A stretch of 64,000 nucleotides of DNA, from positions 5,984,001 to 6,048,000 of the forward strand of contig OZ245838.1 in NCBI GenBank assembly GCA_965228735.1, read 5' to 3'. Shown here piece by piece: positions 47,221 through 57,169 of the stretch. This stretch comes from Planctomycetota bacterium (lineage in GTDB: Bacteria; Planctomycetota; UBA1135; UBA2386). The position numbers were made by a program, and so were the translations under genes. Positions within the stretch are counted from its first letter, which is position 1. Each line of letters opens with the position of its first letter. The notes beneath the pieces are model-generated. The model saw only the letters and a program-made list of their open reading frames with translations, was not told the origin of the DNA and ran no database searches.

Positions 47221-49647
47221 ATGCGTAACACCGTCTCGATGTCCACCTGCCTCTTTGCGCTTCTGGCCTCGGCCCAGGCGCAATCGACGCTGCAGTGGCA
47301 GCCAGGATCCGCCATTCCAGGACCGATCGATGGCTACGGTCTCGCCCTCGTCGGCTGGGACCCTGACGGGTCGGGACCGCTCCCCGAGCGCATGGTGGTG
47401 GGTGGATCGTTCTTCGATGCCAGTGGTCAGGATCTGGGGACCGTCCTCGCCTTCGATCCGGCGGGGGTCAGCTGGACGTCGGTGTCGTTGGACAACTCGA
47501 CCGTTCGACAACTTGTGGTCCTGCCGAGCGGCGATCTCGTCGCTGCAGGCACGCTGTTCCTGCCCGGCACTACCACCAACATCGGTATTGCGTTCTGGGA
47601 CGGGCAAGGGTGGCAGGCTCTCGGTGGCGGCCGCAGCCGAACCGTCAGCGTCGTCACGCTCATGGCGAATGGTGACCTCGTTGCTGGTGGCGAAGCGCTC
47701 GAAGTCTGGGACGGTTCGGCGTGGAGCGTGATCCCGACGCCGATCGCCAACGCCAGCTCGTACTTGCCGCTCGCGCTGTCGAACGGCGATCTGGCCGTCG
47801 CCTTCGCCACCCCGACCGGTGCGTTCCTCGGCGTGCGGTCGGCCGCCGGTTGGCAAACCTGGGGCGCGTTCTCGACGCCGCCGATCGGCAGCTTCGTGTA
47901 CTCCATGGCCGCGTTGCCGAACGGCGACTTCGTCGTGGGCGGGGTCTTCGAAGCCGTTGGCGGCGTCGCCTCGCCCGATCTGATTCGGTTCCATCAGGGC
48001 GCTTGGGTGCCGTTGCCGCGGCCGGGTACGCACCGCGTGCCTGTACGCTTGTTCGCCCGCCCGGACGGCAGCGTGCTGATGGCGAACTACGCGGCAAGCG
48101 TGCTGCGGTGGGACGGCACCGATTGGATCTCGTTCGGCTCGCCGCTGTCGCAGATCGGCGCGTTCGGAGAGACCTCGACCGGTGAGCTGTTCGTCGCGGG
48201 TGGGTATTCGCACGATTTGGACGGCGTCGTGCGGCGCTACGACAGCGGCGCGTGGCGGCCGCTCGGGCACGGGTTCACGAGCCCGATCCTCGATCTCGAG
48301 GTCGACGCGCGCGGCGACCTGTTCGTTGCCGGAGAATTCGATCAGGCGGGTGACACGGCGGCGTTCGCGGTCGCGCGTCGTGACGCCGCCGGCTGGCACG
48401 CGCTGGGTGCAGGGCCGCGGAGTCCCGCGCAGACCGTTCTGCCGCTGACGAACGGGAACGTGGTGACGGGTACTTCGCACGGTGACGTCGAACTCTGGGA
48501 TGGCGCCCAATGGCGGACCATCGGGGATCTCGGCTACTACGCCGTCAAAGCCCTGATCGAACTCCCCAACGGCGACGTCGTCGCCGGCGGCAGGTTCAGC
48601 GCCACGGCGCGCCGCGTCGCGCGCTGGGACGGCTCCGCGTGGCACGCGCTCGGCACGGGGCTCGGTCCACCATTCAACGGTGGCGAGTACGATTCGGTCG
48701 AATGCCTGCTCGCGATGCCGAACGGTGATGTGATCGCGGGCGGCTACTTCAAGGACCCCAACAACAACAACCAACTCTGGAATATCGCGCGCTGGGACGG
48801 CAACAGTTGGGCGGCAGTCGGGCCGGGCATCGGCTCCGGGAACAGGGTCGTCGACCTCGCGTTGGCGCCGGATGGGAGCCTGCTCGCCGCGGTGAGGGGG
48901 GGATACAACCCGGGCATCCGGCGGTGGGACGGCACCGCCTGGTCGGCATTCGCAGTCGTCAACGACAACATCTTCGCGATCGACGTCCTGCCCAACGGCG
49001 ATCTCCTCGCAGGTGGCTCGTTCACCCAGATTGCCGGAGTCGCGGTTGCGGGGCTCGCGCGGTGGGACGGTAGCGTGTGGGCCGCGGTCGACCCGAGCGT
49101 CGGCCCAGTCGTCGAGGCGCTGGCGCACACGCCCGACGGCACGGTCCACGCCGCGACCCATATCGGCGCCTTCTGCTGCCGGCTCGAGATCCAAGGCGTC
49201 ATCACCCGGCACTACGCCACTCTGACGACGCAACTCCAGGCGCGCGCGGATCGGATACCGACGCCGTGCGTCGGCCCCGCCGGCCCTCTCGAGTTGACCG
49301 CGGCCGCGCTGCCGTGGATCGGCACGACGTTCCGTTCGACGGCGGCGGGCTTCGCGCCGGGAGCCCTGGCGCTCGCGATCGCCGGCACGGCGCCGCGCAA
49401 TCTGCCGCTGTCGCTGGTCTTGCCGAGTGCGCTACCCGGTTGCCACCAACTCGCATCGAGCGAAGTCGCCGCGTTCGCGATCCCGAGCGCCGGTGCCGCG
49501 TCGTTCGAGTTCGCCATTCCGAATACGATCGTCCTCGCACAGCTGCAGGCCTGGCACCAGTTCCTCCAACTCGAACTGACCCCTCAGGGCGTCCCCCTGA
49601 CTCTCAGCAGCAGCAACGGCCTGCACCTCGTCATTGGTGCGTTCTAG
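47221..49647 (+). CDS. Secreted beta-propeller repeat protein (ARWDG..W..LG repeats) with C-terminal beta-sandwich-like domain
   Basis: Repeats of V.AL...PNGD...GG.F...ARWDG..W; signal peptide AQA|Q; tail PWIGTTF...SNGLHLVIG. Confidence 0.75.
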   Translation: MRNTVSMSTCLFALLASAQAQSTLQWQPGSAIPGPIDGYGLALVGWDPDGSGPLPERMVVGGSFFDASGQDLGTVLAFDPAGVSWTSVSLDNSTVRQLVVLPSGDLVAAGTLFLPGTTTNIGIAFWDGQGWQALGGGRSRTVSVVTLMANGDLVAGGEALEVWDGSAWSVIPTPIANASSYLPLALSNGDLAVAFATPTGAFLGVRSAAGWQTWGAFSTPPIGSFVYSMAALPNGDFVVGGVFEAVGGVASPDLIRFHQGAWVPLPRPGTHRVPVRLFARPDGSVLMANYAASVLRWDGTDWISFGSPLSQIGAFGETSTGELFVAGGYSHDLDGVVRRYDSGAWRPLGHGFTSPILDLEVDARGDLFVAGEFDQAGDTAAFAVARRDAAGWHALGAGPRSPAQTVLPLTNGNVVTGTSHGDVELWDGAQWRTIGDLGYYAVKALIELPNGDVVAGGRFSATARRVARWDGSAWHALGTGLGPPFNGGEYDSVECLLAMPNGDVIAGGYFKDPNNNNQLWNIARWDGNSWAAVGPGIGSGNRVVDLALAPDGSLLAAVRGGYNPGIRRWDGTAWSAFAVVNDNIFAIDVLPNGDLLAGGSFTQIAGVAVAGLARWDGSVWAAVDPSVGPVVEALAHTPDGTVHAATHIGAFCCRLEIQGVITRHYATLTTQLQARADRIPTPCVGPAGPLELTAAALPWIGTTFRSTAAGFAPGALALAIAGTAPRNLPLSLVLPSALPGCHQLASSEVAAFAIPSAGAASFEFAIPNTIVLAQLQAWHQFLQLELTPQGVPLTLSSSNGLHLVIGAF

Positions 49648-49834
49648 GATTCACGCGAGACCTCCCCCAGCCTGCGCAACGCGTCCCGCCCCCCAGGCGC
49701 CGCCGATGCGGTTGTGGTAGGCCTTCGGGCCGCGGATTCCGGAACGCGGGCGGCGTCGACCGGGGCCGGGGGCCGGTGACGCGGCCCCGCTTGGCGCCGC
49801 CCGCGGCGGCGGCGAGAATCTCCGGGGATTGCCC

Positions 49835-49860
49835 GTCACGCCATGCCACGCGGCGGCGTC
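49835..49860 (+). promoter_or_regulatory. Putative autoregulatory ECF promoter GTCACG-N16-CGTC
   Basis: Motif ends 7 nt before the ATG at 49868; resembles the TGTCACA-N16-CGTC ECF promoter type. Confidence 0.45.
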
Positions 49861-49867
49861 CGGGCCC

Positions 49868-52204
49868 ATGACGATGGCAGCGTTCTTCGACGACCCCGAC
49901 GATCTGGTCCGCGCGCACGAGAGCGTGCGGCGGCTCGCGGTCGCGATCGCCGGGCGGGCCGGCGACGGGGACGACCTCGCCCAGGAGGCCTGGCTCAAAG
50001 CCCTGCGAAACCGGGCTCCCGGCCCGCTGCGCGACCCCAAATCATGGTGGGGAAGTGTCTTACGAAACGCGAGGCGCGACCGACGGCGGGGTGACGCCCG
50101 CCGCGCGAAGCGCGAGCGGCTGGCGGCGGTGCCGGCCGGGACCGAAGCCGCGACCCCGTTCGACCTCGCGGTCTACGAAGAGCGCCGGCGGGGGCTCATC
50201 GCGGCGATCGAGGCCTTGAGCAGCCCGCAACGCGACGTGATCGTGGCGCGCTACTGGGAGGGGCTCGAGCCGCGCGAGATCGCGGCGCGGACCGGCGAGA
50301 GTGCGGCGGCCGTGCGGCAGCGCCTGCGGCGCGCGCTCGCGGCGCTGCGGGCCAGGGTCGAGCGGCGAGGGGACGCCGGCGCGTGGCTCGCGCCGCTCTG
50401 CGTCGGCGGGTTCGGTGGTCGCGAGTCGGCGGCCCTGGCCGGAACGACGTCATCGTCAGGCGCGACCGCGGTAGGGACCGCGGCGACCGCAGCGGCAGCG
50501 ACCGCTGGAGGAGTCCTGATGAACAAGGTTCTCGTGACGGCGGCCGCGGTCGTGATCGTCGTACTGGGATTCGGCGCGTTCGAGTTCCTCGGGTCGGAGC
50601 CCATCGATCCCGGAGCGCACGGTGCAGCGACCATCGCTGCCGCGGAACTCGATCCGGAGGCCGGGACGGAGCCTCGGCGCGACGTCGCCATCGCATCGGT
50701 CGATGTCGAACGGCAGCCGCGGGTCGTGTCCGAGGTGCCGGCAGTGACGCTCGTGGATCACCGCGGTGAGGGACTCGTCGGCGTGCCGTACTGGCTCGAC
50801 GAACGGCCGCACGACTCGCACCCGGGTACGGCACCCGCCGGCGCGCCGCGAACTCGCGCGGACGGTGCCGTGGACCCGGCGCCGCTCGTGCAGGAACTCG
50901 GCGCCGACGAAGGGTGGCGCGACTGGCTGTGGTTCGAGATCGACGGGCATCTAGCGATGGCCGTGTCGCTCGCGCGTCTCGCGGAGTTCCATCGCGACGA
51001 GACGAAGCTGCCACGGCCGTTCGAGATCGAGGTGCCGAAGCGTCGTCGAGTGCGAGTCTCTGTCGATCGCGTGCCACCGGGTACCCCGTGGCAGGTCAGC
51101 GTGATGATGTGGCGGCAAGGGCAACCACCCGCCAGCCGGCTCGCCACCGAGCTCTCGCGTTCCCAGGACGGCGTATGGCTGCTGCGCAAGGCACTCCGCC
51201 ACGACCACACGATGAGGGAGCCCGCCGTGTTCACGGTACTCGACTCGTGCACGTACTTCTTTCGTTGCGAATCGAGCGTCGTGTCGTTTCGGGATCCGGT
51301 CGTGGAGTCGCGTTCGGGCTCCCGGATCATCTTCTATGCCAAAAGGCCGCGCCCCGCGTTCCTGCTCGAGGTGCTCGAGCCGGGCGGCTGGCACCGCAGC
51401 ACGATCGGCGGCCATTGGCAGTTCGAGGTCGACAACGGCGCGCGCGGCGGCGACTTCGTGAACGGCGTCGCGGCGCCGACGAGCGCCGACTGGCGCCAGG
51501 AACGCTGGGACCGCATGGTCGTCGTCCTGCGCGACGGCGAGCTGTTCTCGATGAAGTGTTCCGAGCTGCCGATGTTCGATCGCGCGGTCACGGTCGTGCG
51601 CGCGTCGGGCCGGCCGGCCATTCGCGCCATCGAGGTCGCGACGTCGGTGATGGAGTGGCCGGGCGCGCGCACCTACTGGCAGGATGGTCTGCGGCTGCGG
51701 TCGACGTGCACGCCCGCGGCACTGCACACGCAGCAGACGAACGATCAGGTCGCGGTGTGGCTGCACGAGAACAACCTCATCGTGCAGACCAATCGACCGG
51801 ACGTGCTCGTCGGACCGTTGCTGCGCATCGCGGAGAACGGCTACGTCGCGCGCGAGACCGGCGGTCGCCTCGAGGTGCTCGACGGCGCCGAACTCGAACC
51901 GCTCGACCTGATGCGCATCGTTCGCCAGTACGCGCGGTCCCAACGTGACCGCGAACTCGTCGTGCGCCACGAACTCACGCTGTCCGGCGTCGTCGCGAGC
52001 AACGACAGCCCGTGGCTGCCCGTTCGCTCGTGGCGCCTGCAGCGAGTCACCGGCTTCGGCTGGCGCATCGTCGAGTCATCGGACGGCGACGTCCACCAAC
52101 GCATCCCGGACGCGATCCCGCTGTGGGCGCCGTTCGCGGCGGGGTCACGGTTGCTGGTGAAGTCTCCGAGCGCAGGCGAGGTCGCGTTGCCGCACTATCG
52201 GTAG
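49868..52204 (+). CDS. ECF sigma factor fused to TM helix and large extracytoplasmic domain
   Basis: GDDLAQEAW; region 4 EPREIAART...VRQRLRRAL; TM VLVTAAAVVIVVLGFGAF; ~500-aa C-terminal region. Confidence 0.85.
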   Translation: MTMAAFFDDPDDLVRAHESVRRLAVAIAGRAGDGDDLAQEAWLKALRNRAPGPLRDPKSWWGSVLRNARRDRRRGDARRAKRERLAAVPAGTEAATPFDLAVYEERRRGLIAAIEALSSPQRDVIVARYWEGLEPREIAARTGESAAAVRQRLRRALAALRARVERRGDAGAWLAPLCVGGFGGRESAALAGTTSSSGATAVGTAATAAAATAGGVLMNKVLVTAAAVVIVVLGFGAFEFLGSEPIDPGAHGAATIAAAELDPEAGTEPRRDVAIASVDVERQPRVVSEVPAVTLVDHRGEGLVGVPYWLDERPHDSHPGTAPAGAPRTRADGAVDPAPLVQELGADEGWRDWLWFEIDGHLAMAVSLARLAEFHRDETKLPRPFEIEVPKRRRVRVSVDRVPPGTPWQVSVMMWRQGQPPASRLATELSRSQDGVWLLRKALRHDHTMREPAVFTVLDSCTYFFRCESSVVSFRDPVVESRSGSRIIFYAKRPRPAFLLEVLEPGGWHRSTIGGHWQFEVDNGARGGDFVNGVAAPTSADWRQERWDRMVVVLRDGELFSMKCSELPMFDRAVTVVRASGRPAIRAIEVATSVMEWPGARTYWQDGLRLRSTCTPAALHTQQTNDQVAVWLHENNLIVQTNRPDVLVGPLLRIAENGYVARETGGRLEVLDGAELEPLDLMRIVRQYARSQRDRELVVRHELTLSGVVASNDSPWLPVRSWRLQRVTGFGWRIVESSDGDVHQRIPDAIPLWAPFAAGSRLLVKSPSAGEVALPHYR

Positions 52205-52288
52205 TGAACAAACGGAACCTGGCACACAATCCTCCCCCGCGGCTCGGCCGCGGGGGGAGGATTGTGTGCCAGGTTCCGTTTGCTCACT
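52203..52288. repeat. Long inverted repeat (41/42-bp arms, 3-nt loop) between convergent genes; REP-like element or bidirectional terminator
   Basis: AGTGAACAAACGGAACCTGGCACACAATCCTCCCCCGCGGC-TCG-GCCGCGGGGGGAGGATTGTGTGCCAGGTTCCGTTTGCTCACT; one mismatch, one indel. Confidence 0.9.
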
Positions 52289-52298
52289 TGGGCCTCGC

Positions 52299-55200
52299 TC
52301 AACTTCGCACGGCTTTCAACAGGAACTCGAGCACTTCGCGACTCTGATACTGCTTGCCGCGCCGGCGCCGCGGCAGCATGAGGTGGGTCTTGTTGGAGTC
52401 GACCGGTCGCACCTCGGCGAACGCGTCGAGCCAGCTGCCGCCGAGGGGCACGCCCGGTTCGTGGCCGACGACGAGGCGGTCGTTCTCGACCCACTGCACG
52501 GAGCGGACGTTGAGGGCCTGCAGGCCGTGCTTGAGGCGGAACACGCGCAGCAACGTGCTGACCGGCAGCGGCAGTTTGCCGTAGCGGTCGCGCATCTCGG
52601 CTTCGAGCGCTTCGAGGTGCTGGTCGTCGATCGCCTCGTCCATCTCGCGGAGCAGTTCGAGGCGCTGGCGCGGGTCGGTCAGGAAGTCGAGCGGCAGGTA
52701 GGCCTGCAAACGAAGGTCGACGTCGACCTCGACGACATTGGCAATGACGGGTTTGCGCTCCTTGGCGGAATCGACCGCGGAACGGAGCAACTGGCAATAC
52801 ATGTCATAGCCGACCGACGCGATATGACCCGATTGCTGCGGGCCGAGCAGGTTGCCGGCGCCGCGGATCTCGAGGTCCTTCATCGCGATCGCGAAGCCGG
52901 CGCCGAGGTGCGAGAACTCCTCGAGCGCTTTCAGCCGCTTCTTCGCCTCGCGGCCGGGCGGCTCATTGCGGTCGATCAGCAGGTAGCAGTAGGCCTTCTC
53001 GGAGCTGCGCCCGACGCGGCCGCGCAGCTGGTGCAGCTCGGCGAGGCCGAAGTGCTCCGCGCGGTCGATGAGGATCGTGTTGGCGCGCGCGATGTCGAGG
53101 CCGTTCTCGATGATCGTGGTGGAGACGAGGATGTCGAACTCGCCGCGGACGAACGCGCGCACGGTCTTCTCGACCTCGGTCTCCGTCATCTGGCCGTGGC
53201 CGATCGCGATGCGGGCGCCGGGCGCGAGCTTGCGCAGGCGTTGCGCCAGCGGCTCGAGTTCCTGGATGCGATTGTGCAGCACGAAGACCTGGCCCTCGCG
53301 CGACAGCTCGCGCAGCAGTGCCTCCTGCACGACGCGGTCGTCGCGGAACGCGACGCGCGTCTCGACCTCCTGACGACCGGGCGGCGGGTCGTCGAGCGTG
53401 CTGATGCCGCGGATCCCGAGCAGGGAGCTGTGCAGTGTGCGCGGGATCGGCGTTGCGCTGAGCGTGAGCACGTCGATCGCGCTGCGCAGTTGCTTGAAGC
53501 GCTCCTTCTGACGCACGCCGAACCGCTGCTCCTCGTCGATGACGACGAGCGCGAGGTCTTCGAACTCGACGTTCTTGCCGAACAGCTGGTGCGTGCCGAC
53601 GACGATGTCGATCTGGCCCTTACTGAGCTTGTCGATGACCTCGCGCCGTTCCTTCGGCTTGCGATAGCGCGACAGCAGCTCGACGGTAAGGCCGAACGGT
53701 TCGCAGCGGGACCGGAACGTCTGGTTGTGCTGTTCCGCGAGGATCGTCGTCGGCGCGAGCACGGCGACCTGGCGGCCCGTGATCGCGACGCGGAACGCGG
53801 TGCGCAGCGCGATCTCGGTCTTGCCGAAGCCGACGTCGCCGCAGAGCAGCCGGTCCATCGGCGAGTCCTTCTCGAGATCCGACGTGATCTCGGTCCAGGC
53901 GCGCGCCTGGTCCTCGGTGTCGTGGAACGGGAACGTGTCGAGGAAGTCGCGCTCGAGCTGGTCCGTCGGATACGGCGGGCGCTTGACGAGCTCGCGCTGG
54001 CTCTGCACCTCGAGCAGTTCGGCCGCGAGGTCGAACAGCGCCTCGCTGACCTGCTCCTTGCGCCGCTGGAACGACTTGCCGCCGAGCTTGTCGAGCGGCG
54101 CCCGACCCGGAGAACCGCCGCCGCTGCCGACGTACTTCTGGACGAGGTGGATCTTGCTCGCGGGCACGAGCAGCTTGACGTCGTCCCGGAAGACGAGGCG
54201 CAGGTGTTCCTCGGTGCCCTCGCCGCGATGCACGAGCTCGGTGCCCTCGAAGCGCGCGACGCCGTGCACCGCGTGCACCACGAGATCGTTCGGGCCGAGC
54301 TCGAAGAAGCTCTGGATCGCGCGGCTCGGCATCTTCGGCCGCTCGCGCACGCGGGCCTGTTGCGGCACGCCCGCGAACTCGACGTTGCTCAGCGCGGTCG
54401 TCTGCAGCTCGGGAATGCGAAACCCTCGGCTCAGGCCACCGACGAGCAGGTCGACCTTCTCGCGCCGCAGGTCGACGTCCTTGTGCGCGAAGATCTCGAG
54501 CAGTCGGTCACGTTCGTCCGCGGTGCGGCAGTAGAGCAGCACGCGCCCCTGCACGCCGCGCACCGAGCGCAGGCGGCCGCCGGGGTCGGCCTCACCCGAG
54601 CCCGGCGCCGAGCCCGCGGACAGCACCTTGTAGTCGTAGTCATGGCTCGGCAGCGCACCGACGTCGACGCGGCGGCACGGGCGCAGCGTGTCCTGCACCT
54701 CCTGCACGCGCGCTGCGAAGTCGCTCTCGAACGCGACGACGCGGGCCGTGCGTTCTTCGATGCGCAGCGGCTCGTAGGCCACGACGAGCAGTTGGGCGGG
54801 CGCCAGGTGCTTCAGCACCGAGGTCCCAGCGTCGGCGTCCGCGCCGCTCTTGCCGAGCGCGAGCGCGTAGGTCTCGTGCACGGCGGTCGTGCGCTGCGTG
54901 CTCGGGTCGAACGTGCGGATCGACTCGAGCACGTCGTCGAAGAACTCGAGGCGGACGGCCGCGTCCGCGCCCATCGGAAACAGGTCGACGACGTCGCCGC
55001 GGACGCTGCACTCACCCGGTGCGAGCACGAGCGGCACGGAGCGCAGGCCGGCGTTCTCGGCGCGCACGAGCACCTGCGCGCGGTCCGCGCGCTGTCCGGC
55101 CGTCAGTTCGAGGCGACTCTTCTTCAGACTCTTGGGCGAGGGTGCCGGCTGCAGCAGCGCCTCGATGCTCGCCACGAGCGGCGCCTTGTCCGCCGCGTGC

Positions 55201-55541
55201 TGCACGAGCGCGCGCTGCCGTTCGCTGCGCGATGCGGCGTCGGGCTCGCCGTCGTCCGAAGTCTCCTCGCGCGGCAGCACGTGACTGCGCGCGGCGAACG
55301 CGAGCATGTCGGTCTGCAGCTGCAGGCTGTCGACGTCGTCGGCCGTGAGCACGAGCACGGGGCCCTTGTGCTGCTCTACGAGCGTCGCGAGCAGCAGCCC
55401 CGCGCTCGCGCCCCAGAGCCCGCCGGCCTTGACGTGCGCGCCGCGCGCGAGCTGCTGGGTCAGGTTCTTGGTGACCGTCAGCCCCGCGAACTGCCGCAGC
55501 AGGCGCTCGGTCGCGGAGCTCTCTCGGTCAGTCGCGGGCAC
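52299..55541 (-). CDS. mfd: Transcription-repair coupling factor
   Basis: UvrB-like N part, CarD-like [56 protein letters not shown] tail. Confidence 0.97.
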   Translation of the reverse strand: MPATDRESSATERLLRQFAGLTVTKNLTQQLARGAHVKAGGLWGASAGLLLATLVEQHKGPVLVLTADDVDSLQLQTDMLAFAARSHVLPREETSDDGEPDAASRSERQRALVQHAADKAPLVASIEALLQPAPSPKSLKKSRLELTAGQRADRAQVLVRAENAGLRSVPLVLAPGECSVRGDVVDLFPMGADAAVRLEFFDDVLESIRTFDPSTQRTTAVHETYALALGKSGADADAGTSVLKHLAPAQLLVVAYEPLRIEERTARVVAFESDFAARVQEVQDTLRPCRRVDVGALPSHDYDYKVLSAGSAPGSGEADPGGRLRSVRGVQGRVLLYCRTADERDRLLEIFAHKDVDLRREKVDLLVGGLSRGFRIPELQTTALSNVEFAGVPQQARVRERPKMPSRAIQSFFELGPNDLVVHAVHGVARFEGTELVHRGEGTEEHLRLVFRDDVKLLVPASKIHLVQKYVGSGGGSPGRAPLDKLGGKSFQRRKEQVSEALFDLAAELLEVQSQRELVKRPPYPTDQLERDFLDTFPFHDTEDQARAWTEITSDLEKDSPMDRLLCGDVGFGKTEIALRTAFRVAITGRQVAVLAPTTILAEQHNQTFRSRCEPFGLTVELLSRYRKPKERREVIDKLSKGQIDIVVGTHQLFGKNVEFEDLALVVIDEEQRFGVRQKERFKQLRSAIDVLTLSATPIPRTLHSSLLGIRGISTLDDPPPGRQEVETRVAFRDDRVVQEALLRELSREGQVFVLHNRIQELEPLAQRLRKLAPGARIAIGHGQMTETEVEKTVRAFVRGEFDILVSTTIIENGLDIARANTILIDRAEHFGLAELHQLRGRVGRSSEKAYCYLLIDRNEPPGREAKKRLKALEEFSHLGAGFAIAMKDLEIRGAGNLLGPQQSGHIASVGYDMYCQLLRSAVDSAKERKPVIANVVEVDVDLRLQAYLPLDFLTDPRQRLELLREMDEAIDDQHLEALEAEMRDRYGKLPLPVSTLLRVFRLKHGLQALNVRSVQWVENDRLVVGHEPGVPLGGSWLDAFAEVRPVDSNKTHLMLPRRRRGKQYQSREVLEFLLKAVRS

Positions 55542-55578
55542 GGAGGGATGGTCGAAGCGGCGCGGGGTTTGGTGCGGG

Positions 55579-56418
55579 CTACTGCGTGAACGCGATGAAG
55601 TCCCGCTGGCCGGCGCCGCTCTCGATCGCGCGGTCCATCGCCGCGGCGATCGCCGGCAGACTGATCGTCTTGTGGTTGCCCGCGGCTTCGAGCATGAGTC
55701 GAGCGTCCTTGCGCGCCATCAGAAGTTCGAACGACGGCGCGCCGCGTTCGCCGGCGCTCACGTTCTTGCCGATCATCGGCATCGCGTGCGCGACCTTGAA
55801 GATGTCGAACAGCTGCAGCATGTCGGCGTCTTCGATGTCGTTGCCGCGGCCGATCGCGAGCACGTCACTGAGCGCCGCGGTCATCGCGAAGTAGACGGAG
55901 TTGCCGGCGAGCTTCCACGCGGCCGCGAGCGCCGGGTGATCACCGACGCAGTGCAGTCGCCCGGTCATCGCTCCGAGGTGGCCGTCGAGCGCCGCCTGGT
56001 CCGCGTCGTTCGCCGCAAACACCATCATCCCGCTCGCCTCCCGCGCGTTCTGCGGCGACATGAAGACGGGGGCCGGGACATAGCGCACGCCCTCATTGCG
56101 CAGGCGCTCGTGGCGCTCCGCGACCTTGGGCGGGGCGTTGGTGCTGTGGTCGATGAGCCACGCGTCGGGTGAAAGGCCCGGGCGGAGGGCGGTGATCACC
56201 TCGTCGACGGCGGCGTCCTCGGCGAGCACGAGATGCACGTGCGAGCGGCCCGCGACGGTCGCGGCGGGGTCGCCGGGCGCCGTCGCGCCGCGGCCGACGA
56301 GGGGCTCGGTCTTGCTGGTCGTGCGGTTCCAAACGGCGACGGAATGGCCCTTGTCGAGGAGGCTTTCGACGAATCCGGCGCCGAGCAGGCCGGTTCCCAG
56401 GAGTGCGGTGTCGGTCAT
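55579..56418 (-). CDS. NAD(P)-dependent beta-hydroxyacid dehydrogenase family protein
   Basis: LLGTGLLG Rossmann motif, WNRT, IDHST, KLAGN catalytic Lys, KDARL; start moved to MTDTAL. Confidence 0.85.
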   Translation of the reverse strand: MTDTALLGTGLLGAGFVESLLDKGHSVAVWNRTTSKTEPLVGRGATAPGDPAATVAGRSHVHLVLAEDAAVDEVITALRPGLSPDAWLIDHSTNAPPKVAERHERLRNEGVRYVPAPVFMSPQNAREASGMMVFAANDADQAALDGHLGAMTGRLHCVGDHPALAAAWKLAGNSVYFAMTAALSDVLAIGRGNDIEDADMLQLFDIFKVAHAMPMIGKNVSAGERGAPSFELLMARKDARLMLEAAGNHKTISLPAIAAAMDRAIESGAGQRDFIAFTQ

Positions 56419-56566
56419 CAGGTTCTCGATGGAATGCGGGCGGCGCATCGTCGAGCCCCGGGGCGGTCGGCGCAACGCTCGCGATCCGGGATCGCCGGGA
56501 ACAAACGGAGCAGTCGTTCGTCGACGCGTTGGCGCGACTATGGTCCCGTCGCCGATAGGTGCCCTG

Positions 56567-57169
56567 ATGACCGACGATCGATCCCGTTCTCCTCGTTCGG
56601 CCACGCTCGGACTGACCGTGCTTCGCGGTCTGGCCGTGCTCTTCGCCGTCTCCGTCATGGGCTGCTACGTCTGGGACGCCCAGCGCCGGGCCGACGAGCG
56701 CGCGGCCGAGCAGGCCCGCCAGAGCGAGTCGGCGGTCCCGGCCGGAGCGGCTGCCGACGGAACCGTGGCCAACGGCACCGTGGCCAACGGCACTGGGCTC
56801 CAGGGCAACGCGGTGTCCGGCAACGGGACCGCGGAGCTCGAACTCCCGCTCGGCTCGCCGCACACCCCGCCGGAGTTCCTGTCGAGCTCCAAGTTCGCCG
56901 TGATCGTCGACCAGAACGATCAGCCGTTGCCGTCGAGCAAGGGCATGGTGCTTCCGACCGACGTGTTCCTGATGGGTTCGAAGTCGGGCGTTTCGCCGCC
57001 CGCAGTGCTGCCGTCGTCCAAGGTGCTCGTGATCGACGAGTCGCAGTTCCTGTTCTCGTCGAAGTCGGCGGCGCCGCTGCCGGTGCCGTCGCCGCCGGCC
57101 GGCGTCGAGCCCCCTGCACCCGAGAGAAAGCAGGACGAGTCCGGCACCGAGCGCAAGCCCGAGCGATGA
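56567..57169 (+). CDS. Hypothetical membrane-anchored protein with five [S/G]SK repeats
   Basis: N-terminal hydrophobic helix; repeats LSSSK, LPSSK, LMGSK, LPSSK, LFSSK; ATGA overlap with desaturase. Confidence 0.7.
   Translation: MTDDRSRSPRSATLGLTVLRGLAVLFAVSVMGCYVWDAQRRADERAAEQARQSESAVPAGAAADGTVANGTVANGTGLQGNAVSGNGTAELELPLGSPHTPPEFLSSSKFAVIVDQNDQPLPSSKGMVLPTDVFLMGSKSGVSPPAVLPSSKVLVIDESQFLFSSKSAAPLPVPSPPAGVEPPAPERKQDESGTERKPER

Noticed and set aside
52266..55589. 1107-aa plus-strand ORF
   Set aside because: Antisense shadow of mfd.
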